In this document: positions 13,161 through 24,749 of the stretch, piece by piece
Layout of the letters: each line of letters begins with the position of its first letter
How positions within the stretch are numbered: position 1 is the first letter of the stretch
Origin: Negaprion brevirostris
Taxonomy: Eukaryota
Reading direction: 5' to 3'
Length of the DNA stretch: 64,000 nt
NCBI GenBank assembly: GCA_030324005.1
Contig: JARDVH010000132.1
Coordinates: 64,061,434-64,125,433 of the forward strand
Notes under the pieces: model-generated
Database searches by the model: none
What the model saw: only the letters and a program-made list of their open reading frames with translations
What the model was told of the DNA's origin: nothing
Position numbers and translations under genes: made by a program

Positions 13161-14611
13161 GCTTCATAGAATCACAGAATCATACAGTGCAGAAGAGGCC
13201 CTTTGGCCCATCGAGTCTGCACCAACACACAAGATAATAATCTGTCTTCCTGTCTGTGGATAACCTCATATTTATCTACATTATACTGCATCTCCCGTGC
13301 ATTTGCCCACTCACTTAGCTTGTCCAAATCGCACCTTCCTGGACTGACTCTTCCTGCTGTTGGCCCCTGTGATGACTCTTTGCTATGTCATTGAAGTTTC
13401 TCACAATACTGTTATCTAGTGTTCTAGCATTGTTACTGTCCTTTTAGTTGACAAGGCACATAGTATTGAGTGACAGGTTGCTTAATGCATAGTAATTGAC
13501 AGTGTTATGGAATGTTTGAGAACAGATTTTAAATACATTCANNNNNNNNNNNNNNNNNNNNNNNNNNNNNAATAGAAATACTCTGAATGCATTTTTATTG
13601 CAGGATATACCTGAAGCTCTGTGAAGCTGCAGTAATTAAAATATATTGGCTCCCCACTTCAATTGGCTTCAGAAGCTATACAAAATGATGTGAAAAGTGT
13701 AACCTTAATGATTCAATTGTGTAACGGGGTTATAATCAGATGGCTGCAGAGAATACCAGATAAAAGTGGGACATAACTCAATATGTTAATTAGCTAAAAA
13801 CTCTTGAAGTTTAGCAAGGAATTTTTATTTCATAATAGACTAAGCATATACATAATTTATGCAACTTGAAAAGTCTTCTTACGAATATTAATTGGGAACT
13901 GCATTGAGGTTTCTAATAAAAACATTGATATTACTTCCACATTTTCCTTACTGCTTTCCCTATAAGCAATTACATAGTACTTACATGGACAATTAGAGGT
14001 CAGGTCAGCAATAGTTCTGTCAAACAGTAATGCCCAATTGCTAGTGTAAATGTGATAGCTCAGCTTGATGGAAATCTAACTCTTTGGTATGTTTAAACTG
14101 GATCAATAGCCATGCCACTCCTTGTATCTGCTGTATTTCCAGCAATTTGTTTTGCCCATGTGTATAGTAATATGCCAGGATAAATATTACATTTATATTG
14201 GACATACACCAACATCCAAACTTTAACATGCATATTCAAATCGAACTGAACAGCTTATAGATCTGGTACCTGAACAGCATGTGTTTGGTCTCAAGAAACA
14301 TCTACTTCCCCCAGAAAAATTGCTGAGTGGAGTTACTTAGTCAACAGAAAGTAATATAAATGAAGCAGATTTTCTTTAAATCCTAAAAGGTGGAAATCTG
14401 GAATGCTGAACAGATTAATTAACTCCAAAAGAGAGAATTTGGTTAAAATTTCAGATGATTATTCGTGGTTGATCCTAACATGTTGACCACCACAAGTGTT
14501 TCTAATATTTTCAGGTATTAGCTGACTGACATTTTAGATATATTTACAGTAGGTAAATTTGCCTATTTAGGCTAGGAATTCTGCAGCGACTAACTCATCT
14601 CCTGATTCCCC

Positions 14612-14793
14612 ATGGCCATGGTAAATTGCCTCTTAGTGTGCCAAAATGTATAGATTAAGGGGATTAGTGGGGTAAATGCAAGAGATTATGGGGATGTGGC
14701 AGGGGGTGGGTCTGGGTAAGATGCTATGTTGAAATTCAGTGCAGACACGATGGGCCTTTGTCTGCACTGTAGGGATTCTACAATTATATGATT
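14612..14793 (+). mobile_element. HE1-type SINE 3' half
   Basis: tggccatggtaaattgcctcttagtgtg ... ctgcactgtagggattcta, matching 29095-29240. Confidence 0.8.
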
Positions 14794-14970
14794 CAAGATA
14801 AAGCAGCCCAATTGATTGGCACCCCATGAACAAACATTCACTTCACTACCACTGATGAACACTGGCAGCAGTGTGTACCATTTACAAGATGAACAGTGAG
14901 AACTCACCAAGCCTCCTTATACATTCCAAATCATGACCACTAACATCTAGAAAGACAAGGCAGCAGACAC
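14794..14970 (+). mobile_element. LINE ORF2 C-terminal fragment (same family as 12685-13160)
   Basis: QDKAAQLIGTP and AAVCTIYKM motifs. Confidence 0.7.
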
Positions 14971-15019
14971 ATCTCTGAAGAAGAAAACATCAAGACCAGA
15001 ATTCTTACTTCCATGTTTT

Positions 15020-15265
15020 ACTTTTTTAAAACTCATTTACAGGAAGTGGGCATCACTGACTAGGCCAGCATTTATTTCCCATCCCTAGTTGACCTACAGA
15101 AGATGGTGGTGAGCTCGCTGATTGAACCGCTGCAGTCACTGAGATGTAGATACATCCACAGAGCTTTTAGGGAGGAAATTCCAGGATTTTGACCCAGCAA
15201 CAGTGAAGGAATGGTGACATATTTCCAAATCAGGATGGTGAATGGCTTGGAGGGGAACTGAAGTC
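15020..15265 (-). mobile_element. LINE 3' end (gggatgggcaataaatgctggcc-type tail)
   Basis: Same tail at 28220-28400, 29275-29460 and 45127-45200. Confidence 0.75.
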
Positions 15266-15269
15266 TGTT

Positions 15270-16400
15270 AATAGTGTCAAAGGAATGATAGCAGAATGTG
15301 TTAATAGAAAAAACGTTCTGTCAATGTTCAATGGGAACAAACCTGAACAACAAGTGGTTGTGAGCATGTGGGGGAGCAATGTGTGATGTTGGGAGGAGTC
15401 AGGGAAATTTAATGCAGAAAACAAAAGGCAGAGTCAAGATGAAGGGGAAATTTCACAGCCCATCTCAATGTTGAGTTCAGAAGATTGTAACATGCCTAAT
15501 TGGAAGATGCAATGTTGTTCCTCCAGTTTGCATTGGGCTTCACTGGAACATTGCAGCAGGCTAAGGGTGGACATGTGGGCATTGGAGAAAGAGGCTGAGT
15601 TGAAGGTTGAGACTGTTCTTGTGAAAGAAGTGAAGATAATCTACAAAGCAATCATTTAGTCTGTGTTTAGTCTCCCCAGTGNNNNNNNNNNNNNNNNNNN
15701 NNNNNNNNNNNNNNNNNNNNNNNNNNNNNNNNNNNAACCATGATTAACCTGAAAGAATTGGTTGGACCCTTGGACACTGAGGAAGGAGGAGTTAAAGGGG
15801 CAGGTTTTGCACCTTCTGCAATGGCATTGGAAAGTACCATGGGAAGATGGTTGAAGAATTGGGATGATGGAGGAGTGAACCAGAGTGTCACGGGGGGAAT
15901 GGTCCCTGCAGAATACTGATGGGGGGGGGAGGGGAAGGGCGGGGGATGAGAGGAAAATGTGGTGGCATCATTGGCGGAAATGGCAGACAATGATCCTTTG
16001 AATGTGGAGGCTGGTGGAGTGAAAACTGAGAACCTATCATTGTTCTGGGACGGAGGAGAAGGGGTGAGGACAAGGTACAGGGTATAGCTTAGACATGGTT
16101 GAGTGCTCTGTCAATCACAATTGAGGGGAAACCTCAGTTGAGTAAAAGTGAAGTTTTTGAAAATGGCATCATCAGTACAGATATGGCAGAGACAGAGAAA
16201 CTGAGAGAAATGGATGGAGTTCTTACAGGGAGCAGGGTGTGAGGAATTGTAACCAATGTAGCAGTGTAGTCGGTACTTTGTAATGCATACTTGTGATCGG
16301 CCTATCAGCAGAAATGGCAGTAGAGAGCTCAAGGAGGGGAAGGGCAGTGTCAGAGCTGGATATGTGAAGATAAGAGAGGGGTGGAAATGTGAAGCATTTG
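15270..16400 (-). mobile_element. Penelope-like element, RT thumb to GIY-YIG, decayed
   Basis: HPSLIFT, YNSSHPAPCKNSIHFSQFL.L..ICTDDAIF; C-terminal HMSTLSLLQCSSEAQCKLEEQHCIFQLG. Confidence 0.9.
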
Positions 16401-17109
16401 TTAGTTTATTAAATCAACTAACACCAGTACAAACCCCTTTATAATTTGACTGATTATAACCCTAACCGTAACTCTAACCCACATGGGTAGTCATTACCAG
16501 TATTGATTATAGACCTGGACATGGAGTTGGATGGTCCTTGTCCTTCTTCACTTGTCTGCAGTGCCCAAGCTCTGATACTGTCTTTTTTATGGTGTCCCAG
16601 TCATGTTATCACACACTCGACCTCAATAATAGATTCAGTTAACAGGCTGCTGGACTGCTGGACTTTCAAAATCCTTCATCTTAGTCTTTCAATGCAAAAC
16701 TGCAAGGTTATCTCCTCTCCTGCTGTTTACGCAGCAGAAGATCCCTCAGTGGTGGGTGTTTAGATCACAGCATTGTTCTAATGTTAATACACCTTCCATT
16801 GTTGCCAGGAACTGATGGTAATTCATAAATGCAGTTAACTCATGGCATTGTCCAGTTGTCTTTTGGCCTTGGCATTGGATTGTGAGTAGCTGGATGAACT
16901 AGTGATGCAGATGAAGCCATTTGCCTCTGCATTTATAGCAGTATTTGTAACTTCAGCCTGCTGTCAGAGATAATTATATCGGGGATGCCACGTGGGCAAC
17001 AAAATCACTGAACTTGGCAATAGCCACGACCAAGGTGGGCCCCTGGAGCTGTTTGATCTCAATCCACTAAAAGTAATAATCCACAATGATAAGAAAGGTT
17101 TCATTCTTG

Positions 17110-17992
17110 AAGCCTGGACCACCTGGATAACAAAGACACTTAAGTCAGATTCCTATTTATTGACCACAGCTCAGCCTTCAACACCATTATTCCTACAAAA
17201 CTCATCTCCAAGTTCTGTGGCCTAGGCTTTGATTCCTCCCTCCGTGACTGGATCCTGAACTCCCTAACTCATAGACTACAATCAGTAAGGACGGGCAACA
17301 ACATCTCCTCTACGATTATCCTCACCACCAGTGCCTGTAGTCCCTTATTATACTCATTATACATCTATGACCGTGTGGTCAAATTTCTCTCCAACTTGAT
17401 TTTCACGTTTTCTGATGACACTGCCGTAGTGGGTCGGATCTCAAACAATGATGTGATAGAGTACAGGAAAGAGATTGAGAATCTAGTGAACTGGAGTGAT
17501 GGTAATAATCAATGTCAGTAAAACAAAGAAAATAGTCACTGAATTCAGGACATGTAATTGAGAAGATGCCTCTGTTTACATCAATGGGGATGAAGTGGAA
17601 ATGGTCTAGGTTTCCAGGTCATCAACAACCTGTTCTGGTTCCTCCATGCCAATGCTGTAGTTAAGAAAGTCCCCCAATACCTCTACTTTCTCAGGAGGCT
17701 AAGGAAATTTGGCATGTCTGCTACTATTCCCACCAACGTTTACAGATGCACAATATAAAGCATTCTTTCTCATTGTATCACAGCTTGGTATGGCTTCTGC
17801 TCTGTCCATGACTGCAAGAAACTACAAAGCATTGTGAACGAAGCTCAGTTCCTCACAGAAACCAACCTCCCATCCATTGACTCTGTTTACACTTCCCACT
17901 GCCTCTCAAAAGCAATCAGCATAATCAAAGACCCCACGCACCCTGAACATACTCTCTTCCACTTTCTTCCGTCGGGAAATCGTTACAAAAGT
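17110..17992 (+). mobile_element. Rex1/Babar LINE RT fragment
   Basis: [63 protein letters not shown]. Confidence 0.9.
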
Positions 17993-18500
17993 CTGAGGTG
18001 ATCTTATTGAGACATGTAGGCCCTGATTTTACTGGCACGCCCACCCCAAGCTTGCAGAACGGTATTCTCCAAAGGCCTTGGGTACGATCTTACAAATCTT
18101 GGGCGGGCGTGCTGGCTAAATTCGGGCTGTAAAATCCTGAGCAGTCTTGTCAGGATGGATGCTGATAGGCTGTTTCCCTTGTGGGAGAGACTAGAACTCA
18201 TGGACATGATTTAAAAATAAGGGTCTCCCATTCCCATTTGAGATGGAGATGAGAATATTTTTTTCTCAGAGGGCCATGAATCTTTGGAGCTGTCTTCCTG
18301 GAGAGCAGCGGAGGCAGGGTCATTGAATACTTTTAAGGCAGAGGTAGATAGATTCTCGACTAACAAGGGAATCAAAGGTTATCGGGGTAGGTAGAATGTG
18401 GAGTTGAGGCCACAATTAGATCCGCTATGATCTTATCGAATAGTGGAGCAGCCTCGACAGACTAATTAGCCTTCTCTTGTCCCTAATTTATGAATTAATA
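17993..18500 (+). mobile_element. CR1 LINE 3' end, split by a MITE
   Basis: gatcttattgagacatgta|aaatcctgag rejoins into the CR1 DLIET.KIL motif, followed by a CR1 3' UTR. Confidence 0.85.
18019..18128. mobile_element. 110-bp hairpin MITE with GTA target-site duplication
   Basis: ggccctgattttactggcacgcccaccccaag / cttgggcgggcgtgctggctaaattcgggct inverted repeats; GTA at 18016-18018 and 18129-18131. Confidence 0.85.
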
Positions 18501-18514
18501 TGTTTGCATATCTA

Positions 18515-19040
18515 GTCTAAGGGTCCTTGGAATGACAGTTCATTCAAAATGGTGGATCCATTAATGAGAATATCGTTCATATGGCAAATGACTTTATCCA
18601 GACCTTCCCAAATGCCAGTCAAATTATGTTGAAAGATTCCAGATGCTGAGGCAATTCCGAATGGAAGGTGAATCAAATAGTAGCAGCTGATGGGCATGAT
18701 AAATATTGTTATCAACTTGAACTCTTCATTTAAAGGGAGCTGTTAGAAGCTGCTATTGCCATCCAGTTTAGTGAAATGGAGTTCCACAAGAACTTTGGCA
18801 AGTTTTATTGACAGATGCCATGTGGTGGATCTCTCTTTTTATGGCCTAGTTCAAATGTGTCAGGTCCACAAAAATGTAAAGTGAGCCATTAGTCTTGGTT
18901 ACAAGCTCCATGATTAAGCACTCAGAAGTGGGTTGTGTTACCAAAAATATCACCCCTTGGTGTATCATGGAGTCAGTCTCTTGCCTCACATTTTTCAAGA
19001 GCGTGGAACCTTTTGTGAAGTAAACATGCCAGCTTGGCAT
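18515..19040 (-). mobile_element. Gypsy (Metaviridae) LTR retrotransposon RT fragment
   Basis: KTNGSLYIFVDLTHLN and LPFGIASASGIFQ...EGLDKVICHMNDILING (degraded Y/HxDD). Confidence 0.9.
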
Positions 19041-19049
19041 TCATACATC

Positions 19050-19445
19050 AGCAGTCCCAGCTGCCATGGCATTCCTGGCCCATTGTGCACTTTCACGAAT
19101 AGATTTTCAGGGCAAGGTCTTTTCATGATATGACTACCCATGCCTGTGAGGAACCAAGCTCTACAGCAGAGATCAGTTTTAGTATCTGCCATGGCTCCAC
19201 CCATGAATTAATTGAGCAGGCCATTGGGCTGCTGAGGATGAGGTCCAAATGTTTAAATTGATCTAGAATGCCATAGTGGGTGTCTCGCATATCATCATGG
19301 TGGTCTGCAGTGCTCAGCATACCTGTGCGTCGCAGTGTGGGAAGGCCTTGAATAATGAGGATATAATTGACCAACACTTCTCCTACAAGGAAGAGACAGT
19401 TGAGAAGGTGATACAGTAGCAGGAATGCCTCGTAAATTACATCTA
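19050..19445 (+). mobile_element. Harbinger transposase C-terminal relic
   Basis: PSCHG, MPVRN and CHGSTHELIEQAIGLLRMRSKCLN resemble PGSCHD, LMTPVRNP and IEQ.IGLLKMRFRCLD. Confidence 0.85.
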
Positions 19446-19559
19446 ACAAGGCAGCAAGAAATGGTGGGGTAACTAAAAGCAATGTCTAACTTTATTGATT
19501 GGCACTACAATATAAAACCTTAATGTGTACAAAGTCGAAGCACCCATGAACCTCAGATC

Positions 19560-21150
19560 CATCCAGATGTATTCTCTTAATTATATCTATTCACATGGGG
19601 TGTTGCCCCACCCTGCGGCTGAGGTGGAGGCAAACTGCCGACCACTCTGTCCCACGGCCTGAGATGGCATTGGCAGCCGTCCTCTGGCTGTCTGAGGCCT
19701 GGCTGGCCCTGGCATGCTGAGGGGTTCCTGCACAAGTGGAGGAACCTTCTCCATTGCTGCAGCTCCCGAAGATGGAATCTCAGCAGGAGAAGGCGGCCAT
19801 CCCTCCTCTTCCTTTCCCAAGAAACACTTATAACCCCCTACTGACTTGAGCAAGGCGAGGTCCTGATGATGGAGGCTCCAGATGCCTCATCCCCATCTGC
19901 CACTGCTGTATACAGTTCATAGCATGCAAGTCTGCACACTTTTCTGGCACCCACTGATTTATCTGCTAGATCTGATTTTTCATGGAGGTCACTAATCTCT
20001 TCATGGAGGAAGCAAAGCATGCAGATGTCAGAGACATGGTCTGGATGGACTCTTTTGGCAGCCCTGCCAGATGTTCCCTTACCTCATACTGTGGCTGCAT
20101 TAATTACCATTTTGTCAAAGGCTCCAGGGACCTGTTATAAAACTGGGACTCAGGGTGGGTCTGGCCTCCCACAATCTTCTGTCTGTCGGTGGCCTCGACC
20201 ATCATAACCTCCATCAACTGCTTGGTTGCATCAATGACATGCTTACCGGCTTTTAACCTTGAATCGCATTGCATGAAAATAGCCAAGGATATAAGAGTAT
20301 CTGCATTGATGGGAGGTGTATGGAAATTATGTGACTTTGCATCATCTGAGGATTCCTCCTTCTCCTGTTGGCCCAGTTCTCTGCAAGTAAATGTCCTTTG
20401 GAAATAAAAAGGCTTACATGAGAGAACATAAACACTTCCACATCACCTCATCCTAACTAAGCCTGATGTGAAGATCCATATGCCTTGTGGTGGATACATG
20501 ACCATGCCTCATGTATGAGTCAGATACCCCTGCACTCATTCGCTCACTCTCCTGTTTCGCCAACAGCACTCACTTTGCGACCCAGTGCCCTGTCCAGTCC
20601 CAAACTTCCTCCTCTGCTGGGATCAGATTATGAAAATTGGAAAGCTTCTACCTGTCTTGACCCTCTTTGTATTGTTGTGTGCTCATTTCTCCTATAACAC
20701 AAAGATGTACATTGTTAGTTGAAGACGAGCAGAACAGTTATGCTGTTGGCAGGCCTTTGATTCATGATCAAGCTTCCGAATGCCTCTTCCATACGTCTGC
20801 TCTCCACAGATATGATTGGTAAGAGGGAGTGGGGGGCAGTGGTCAGTAAAAACATATGGCTGCATCTTGCTGAGATACACCTCATGGAAGCTTCAAAGGT
20901 GCAAGTGATATGGAGGAGTTAACTTAAAATGGAGAAGGTCATTGACTTATTTTTGGTACTGCACCCATGGTGCTGACCTCTCCTGCACTCTCTGTCCAAA
21001 TGTTCTTGGCCAACGGGGTGGCCAATCTCTTCTTGCCATCCCTTAGGAAGAGAACCTCCTGCCTCTCTCTTGCAGGCTGGAGGAGAGTCTGTGGGAGACA
21101 TCACAAATCTGTGGGCTCACCTAGTGCCTTCTCTGAGGCTTAGTTCCAGC
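19560..21150 (-). mobile_element. Harbinger Myb/SANT ORF2 relic, multi-exon
   Basis: Exon 1 (about 21125-20920) EVLFLRDGKKR..LAKNIWTESAGEVS..NDLL; acceptor gtgttatag|GAGAAATGAGCACACAAC at 20691 gives EK*AHNNTKRVKTG. Confidence 0.8.
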
Positions 21151-21908
21151 TGCCTTGTCATCAGCACTTTCTGTGTCTTGGCAGAGGATATAAGTGTTCT
21201 TCACTTCTGCCCTGTGACAACGTTACTGAGGCAAGCATTAGCAACAAGGTGGTAGTACATGCCGGGCTGGCAGCCTTATGGTGTCAGCACTTACCTTTGT
21301 ACCAGATGATGTCACCATTCACACCTGGTTGCCTATCTTAGGTGGTTAGGCCCCACTCCTCCTGATAGTTGGCCACATGACATTCAACCAGAATCAGCAT
21401 CCACTTTTGGTGCCACTGCCAGGACTTGTAGCCTTCAAACAAGGTGCATGCCTTATAATAAATATATTGTGTAAGGTGATTCAGCAGTATAGGAATCAAA
21501 GGTAGAATTGCAGTTAGAGTTTTGTCTAAATCTCTTTATGTTGTAGTCACACTAAATTGTGGAGTGTCAGGTACCTGAGTTCTTATAGTGAATCATTCTG
21601 TTGTATGATTTTCCCAAGTATTCATGATGGATTTTGTAACATTAGTTCATTAAAGATCTGATTCTGTGGTTAATACAATCAATGTCGATGTTCTCTGGAG
21701 TTAGAGTAATGCAGCAAAATAGAAGCAAAGCACTCTCACCATCACTCACCCTCGACATTCCTGCACTCTTTCTATTATTGGCAATGCTTCCCAATGCCTC
21801 TTCTGAGCAGGTGAGAAAGTCACTCCCAGGGAACCAGAGGAAAAGTTCCTCAAATATGCAGGTCAAGCTCCAATTGTATAATTGAGGCTCAATTTTATGA
21901 ATAGACTG

Positions 21909-21999
21909 ATTTTCTGTCCCTACAGATGCTGCCAGGCTTGCTGAGATTTTCCAGCATTTTCTCTTTTGGTTTCAGATTCCAACATCTGCAGTAATTTGC
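21909..21999 (+). mobile_element. 91-bp Penelope pLTR-derived insertion with 16-bp TSD
   Basis: cagatgctgccaggcttgctgagattttccagcattttc... flanked by ttttatgaatagactg at 21893-21908 and 22000-22015. Confidence 0.8.
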
Positions 22000-23115
22000 T
22001 TTTATGAATAGACTGCTAGCTTTCCCACCATGTCAATCAAGCTGGAAGAAGAGCTAGGATTGAAAGAAATCAAACAGGTAATTTTTTAAAAAATTGACTT
22101 TCGTTGTGGGTCCTCCAGGAAAATAGAGGTTGTTGGAAAGACCCTCCTTGTGATTTATGAGAGTGCTGGAGACTTGACGTTAAGTACCCAGCAGTAGCTC
22201 TCTGCCACCTGACATTGTACTGCTGGCCCTCTGACCATTTTCCTGACAGTTTTGGGTAGAGAACTGAGCAGGGATAGGCAGATCAGGACTGGGTGCTAAC
22301 CATCTTCAGAGCCTTACATTGATAAGGCCAGAATGTTTTGCAGTTCCCCTTGAACTCCTATCCCCTCTTTGCAATCCCTTTCCCCAAAATTAGCATACTG
22401 ATTTAAAATCTGAGGTAAATCATACTTTCCACATTCAAAGAATCAAAACATGTCCAAACTTAATTACTTAAATTCCCATTCAATGTAGCCCTCATTGGTA
22501 GCTCATAATCGACAGGGCAAAAATATTTGTGCCACCATTCACATTTGTCCTGTGCATTAAGCTTTGCTACATGAAATGTGTTATTTACTTCCAACAAGTC
22601 TCCTTTCAACTGACAGCACATTTTCTCTGGAGTTGACAGTAAGCCGTCTCTTGAAGCACATTCCATGAAGATGTCCAGTGTTAATTGATTAACCTGCCAG
22701 ATATAACCAATTAATCAGTTTGTAGCAGGAAAACTGTGAGACAGGCCTATTGTGTGATGAATGCATTATGGATTTTATCTCTTTTAGTCCAACTCTTGCA
22801 TCTGTCTACAACAGATATCTAAAGTCTCTAAGTAGTCAAAAACTTTGCAAGCAATGTGTATCTGTCATGCCATATGCCATACCTGGAAACATAGCTTCAT
22901 AAATACCAACATCACACCTCAGGGCATTACATGTCCATAGGGAAAATAATTGTAGTTGAATGAAATTATGGCTAATTGTTAAATTGCTAATCAAATTTCC
23001 AGTTGATTGTTTGTGAACAAATCAAAAATACAGTCATGTGGTGGTGGAGAGGAATCTGTGCTACCCTGAAATTACCCTGAAATTAATGCTACAGCCAAAG
23101 ACAGCCTTTAGCTTC

Positions 23116-23172
23116 AGCCATGATCAAGATGAATGGTGCAGCAGGCTCCTGCTTCTAGTTTTTATGTTTCTA
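23116..23172 (+). mobile_element. CR1 3' tail remnant
   Basis: cagccatgatcaagatgaatggtgcagcaggctcctgcttctagtttttatgtttct. Confidence 0.65.
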
Positions 23173-24749
23173 CAACAATTCAGTTGGAAAATGTGAATGA
23201 AGAATTAATAATTTCAGAATGAATAGTTCTGATACCTGACAGTCCAATTGAGGATGAAGGAAGTGGCTGAGAGTGAGTGGGAGGATGACAGTGTACCATC
23301 AAACATTACTGTTGCAGAGATGTTGTGCCAAAGCTTGAATGTTATGACCATCTCAAAAACCTAAAAGATCCAACCTCAGGCTGTTAGAATAATTGTTCCT
23401 CTTACTGAAGAAGCACTTAGAAATGATCTTAGGGCAGAAGCCTTCTCTGCAGGGTCACCTGTGGCAAGTTTGGGTGTAAAGATTGGAACATATTGTTAAT
23501 AGACTAGTGCCTGATAAGCAGTTCTTTGTAGCAGCCCTTCTTGCTGGTTTGGACATGTCACAGTTATTGGAAGGGAGATGAGTGCAGTAAGTACAGCTTT
23601 AGAAGATAAATTATTTTTTTGAGGGTCCAACATTGAGATAGTACCTGACAAATGAACAGGTGAAATGAATATGAAAACCTTTATCAATATGTTACCACAT
23701 CCTCCGATCTGCAGGTTCACAGACCTGCTGACTTCCCTGAAATCATAGATGCTCAGCTCCACCTCACATCTCGTCAGTAAATCATCTCATATAAGGTCAC
23801 AGCAATGCAGTCAAAGGTCTGGCTAACAGCTACTTGAACTGTCAATGTGTTCTTTGTGGTGGTGGAGAGCAGTCTGTGCTACAGATTACCCTGAAATTAT
23901 CGCTGTAGCCAAAGACAGTCTTCAGGTTCAGTAGGTTGGTTCTTGGCATTGCTCGACTGCTCAATACAACAGTGATTATTAGAGACTTCTGGGGAGTGTC
24001 ATAAATGGCCCTGATGACTTGAGCTCAGAAGGAGTCTTCCTTTTAAAAGCAGAATCAAAAAGATTCAATTCCTTGACCTAAGGAGTTCCAAGGGAGATGA
24101 CCTGTGCTCCTTTTCTGTCCTCCGCTCCTCTCTACGTCTGCTCAGTGATTACATGAATTCTAGCTCCTCAAATAGGGTGAGGTTTCTCAGAATGGCCCAT
24201 TTCCTAATACTTCCCCCGTTGCAGTTTTCCTTCTCCTATATTAAAATAACAGGGTGGACATACTGAAAAGTTGTATTAATGGAATCCATGTCAGAAGTGG
24301 GGTTTGGGAAGTGGAAAGAAATGCTTTTTTTGAAGGAGGAGGCATGAGGTTTTGGGAGCTTCTAATAGTGGGCATACTTGCACTTTGTGCATCAAAGTGA
24401 TGGTGAAAAATGATTTAGAAAAATTAAATCAGTTTTTGGTATTGCTGTAAAAGAGAAATTGTAACGAAGAGAATGTACTGAGGAAGACACAAAAATTGTC
24501 TTATCTTAAGTGTGCTGTATCTTGTCCCTTTCAAAGATGCCCATAAACATTTTGCCATGTGGTCATATGCTTCAGTCCATGCAGTTTGTGTTCAGCTCTT
24601 GTGTTACCTGCTGTTACACTTTATATCCAGCTGTTTGCGGGACCAACAATGGACACTTATGCACCAGGTTAATTTTTAGTTAAAATCACATTCACAACAT
24701 TTGTAACAAAACTTTCAGCCACATTTAATTTTTATATCCAAGGTTAACC

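Noticed and set aside
16458-16481. Telomere-like aaccctaaccgtaactctaaccc
   Set aside because: Only three to four imperfect units.
22029-22077. ATGTCAATCAAG...AAACAG|gtaatt as a possible first coding exon
   Set aside because: Short, unrecognised peptide with no supporting partner exon.
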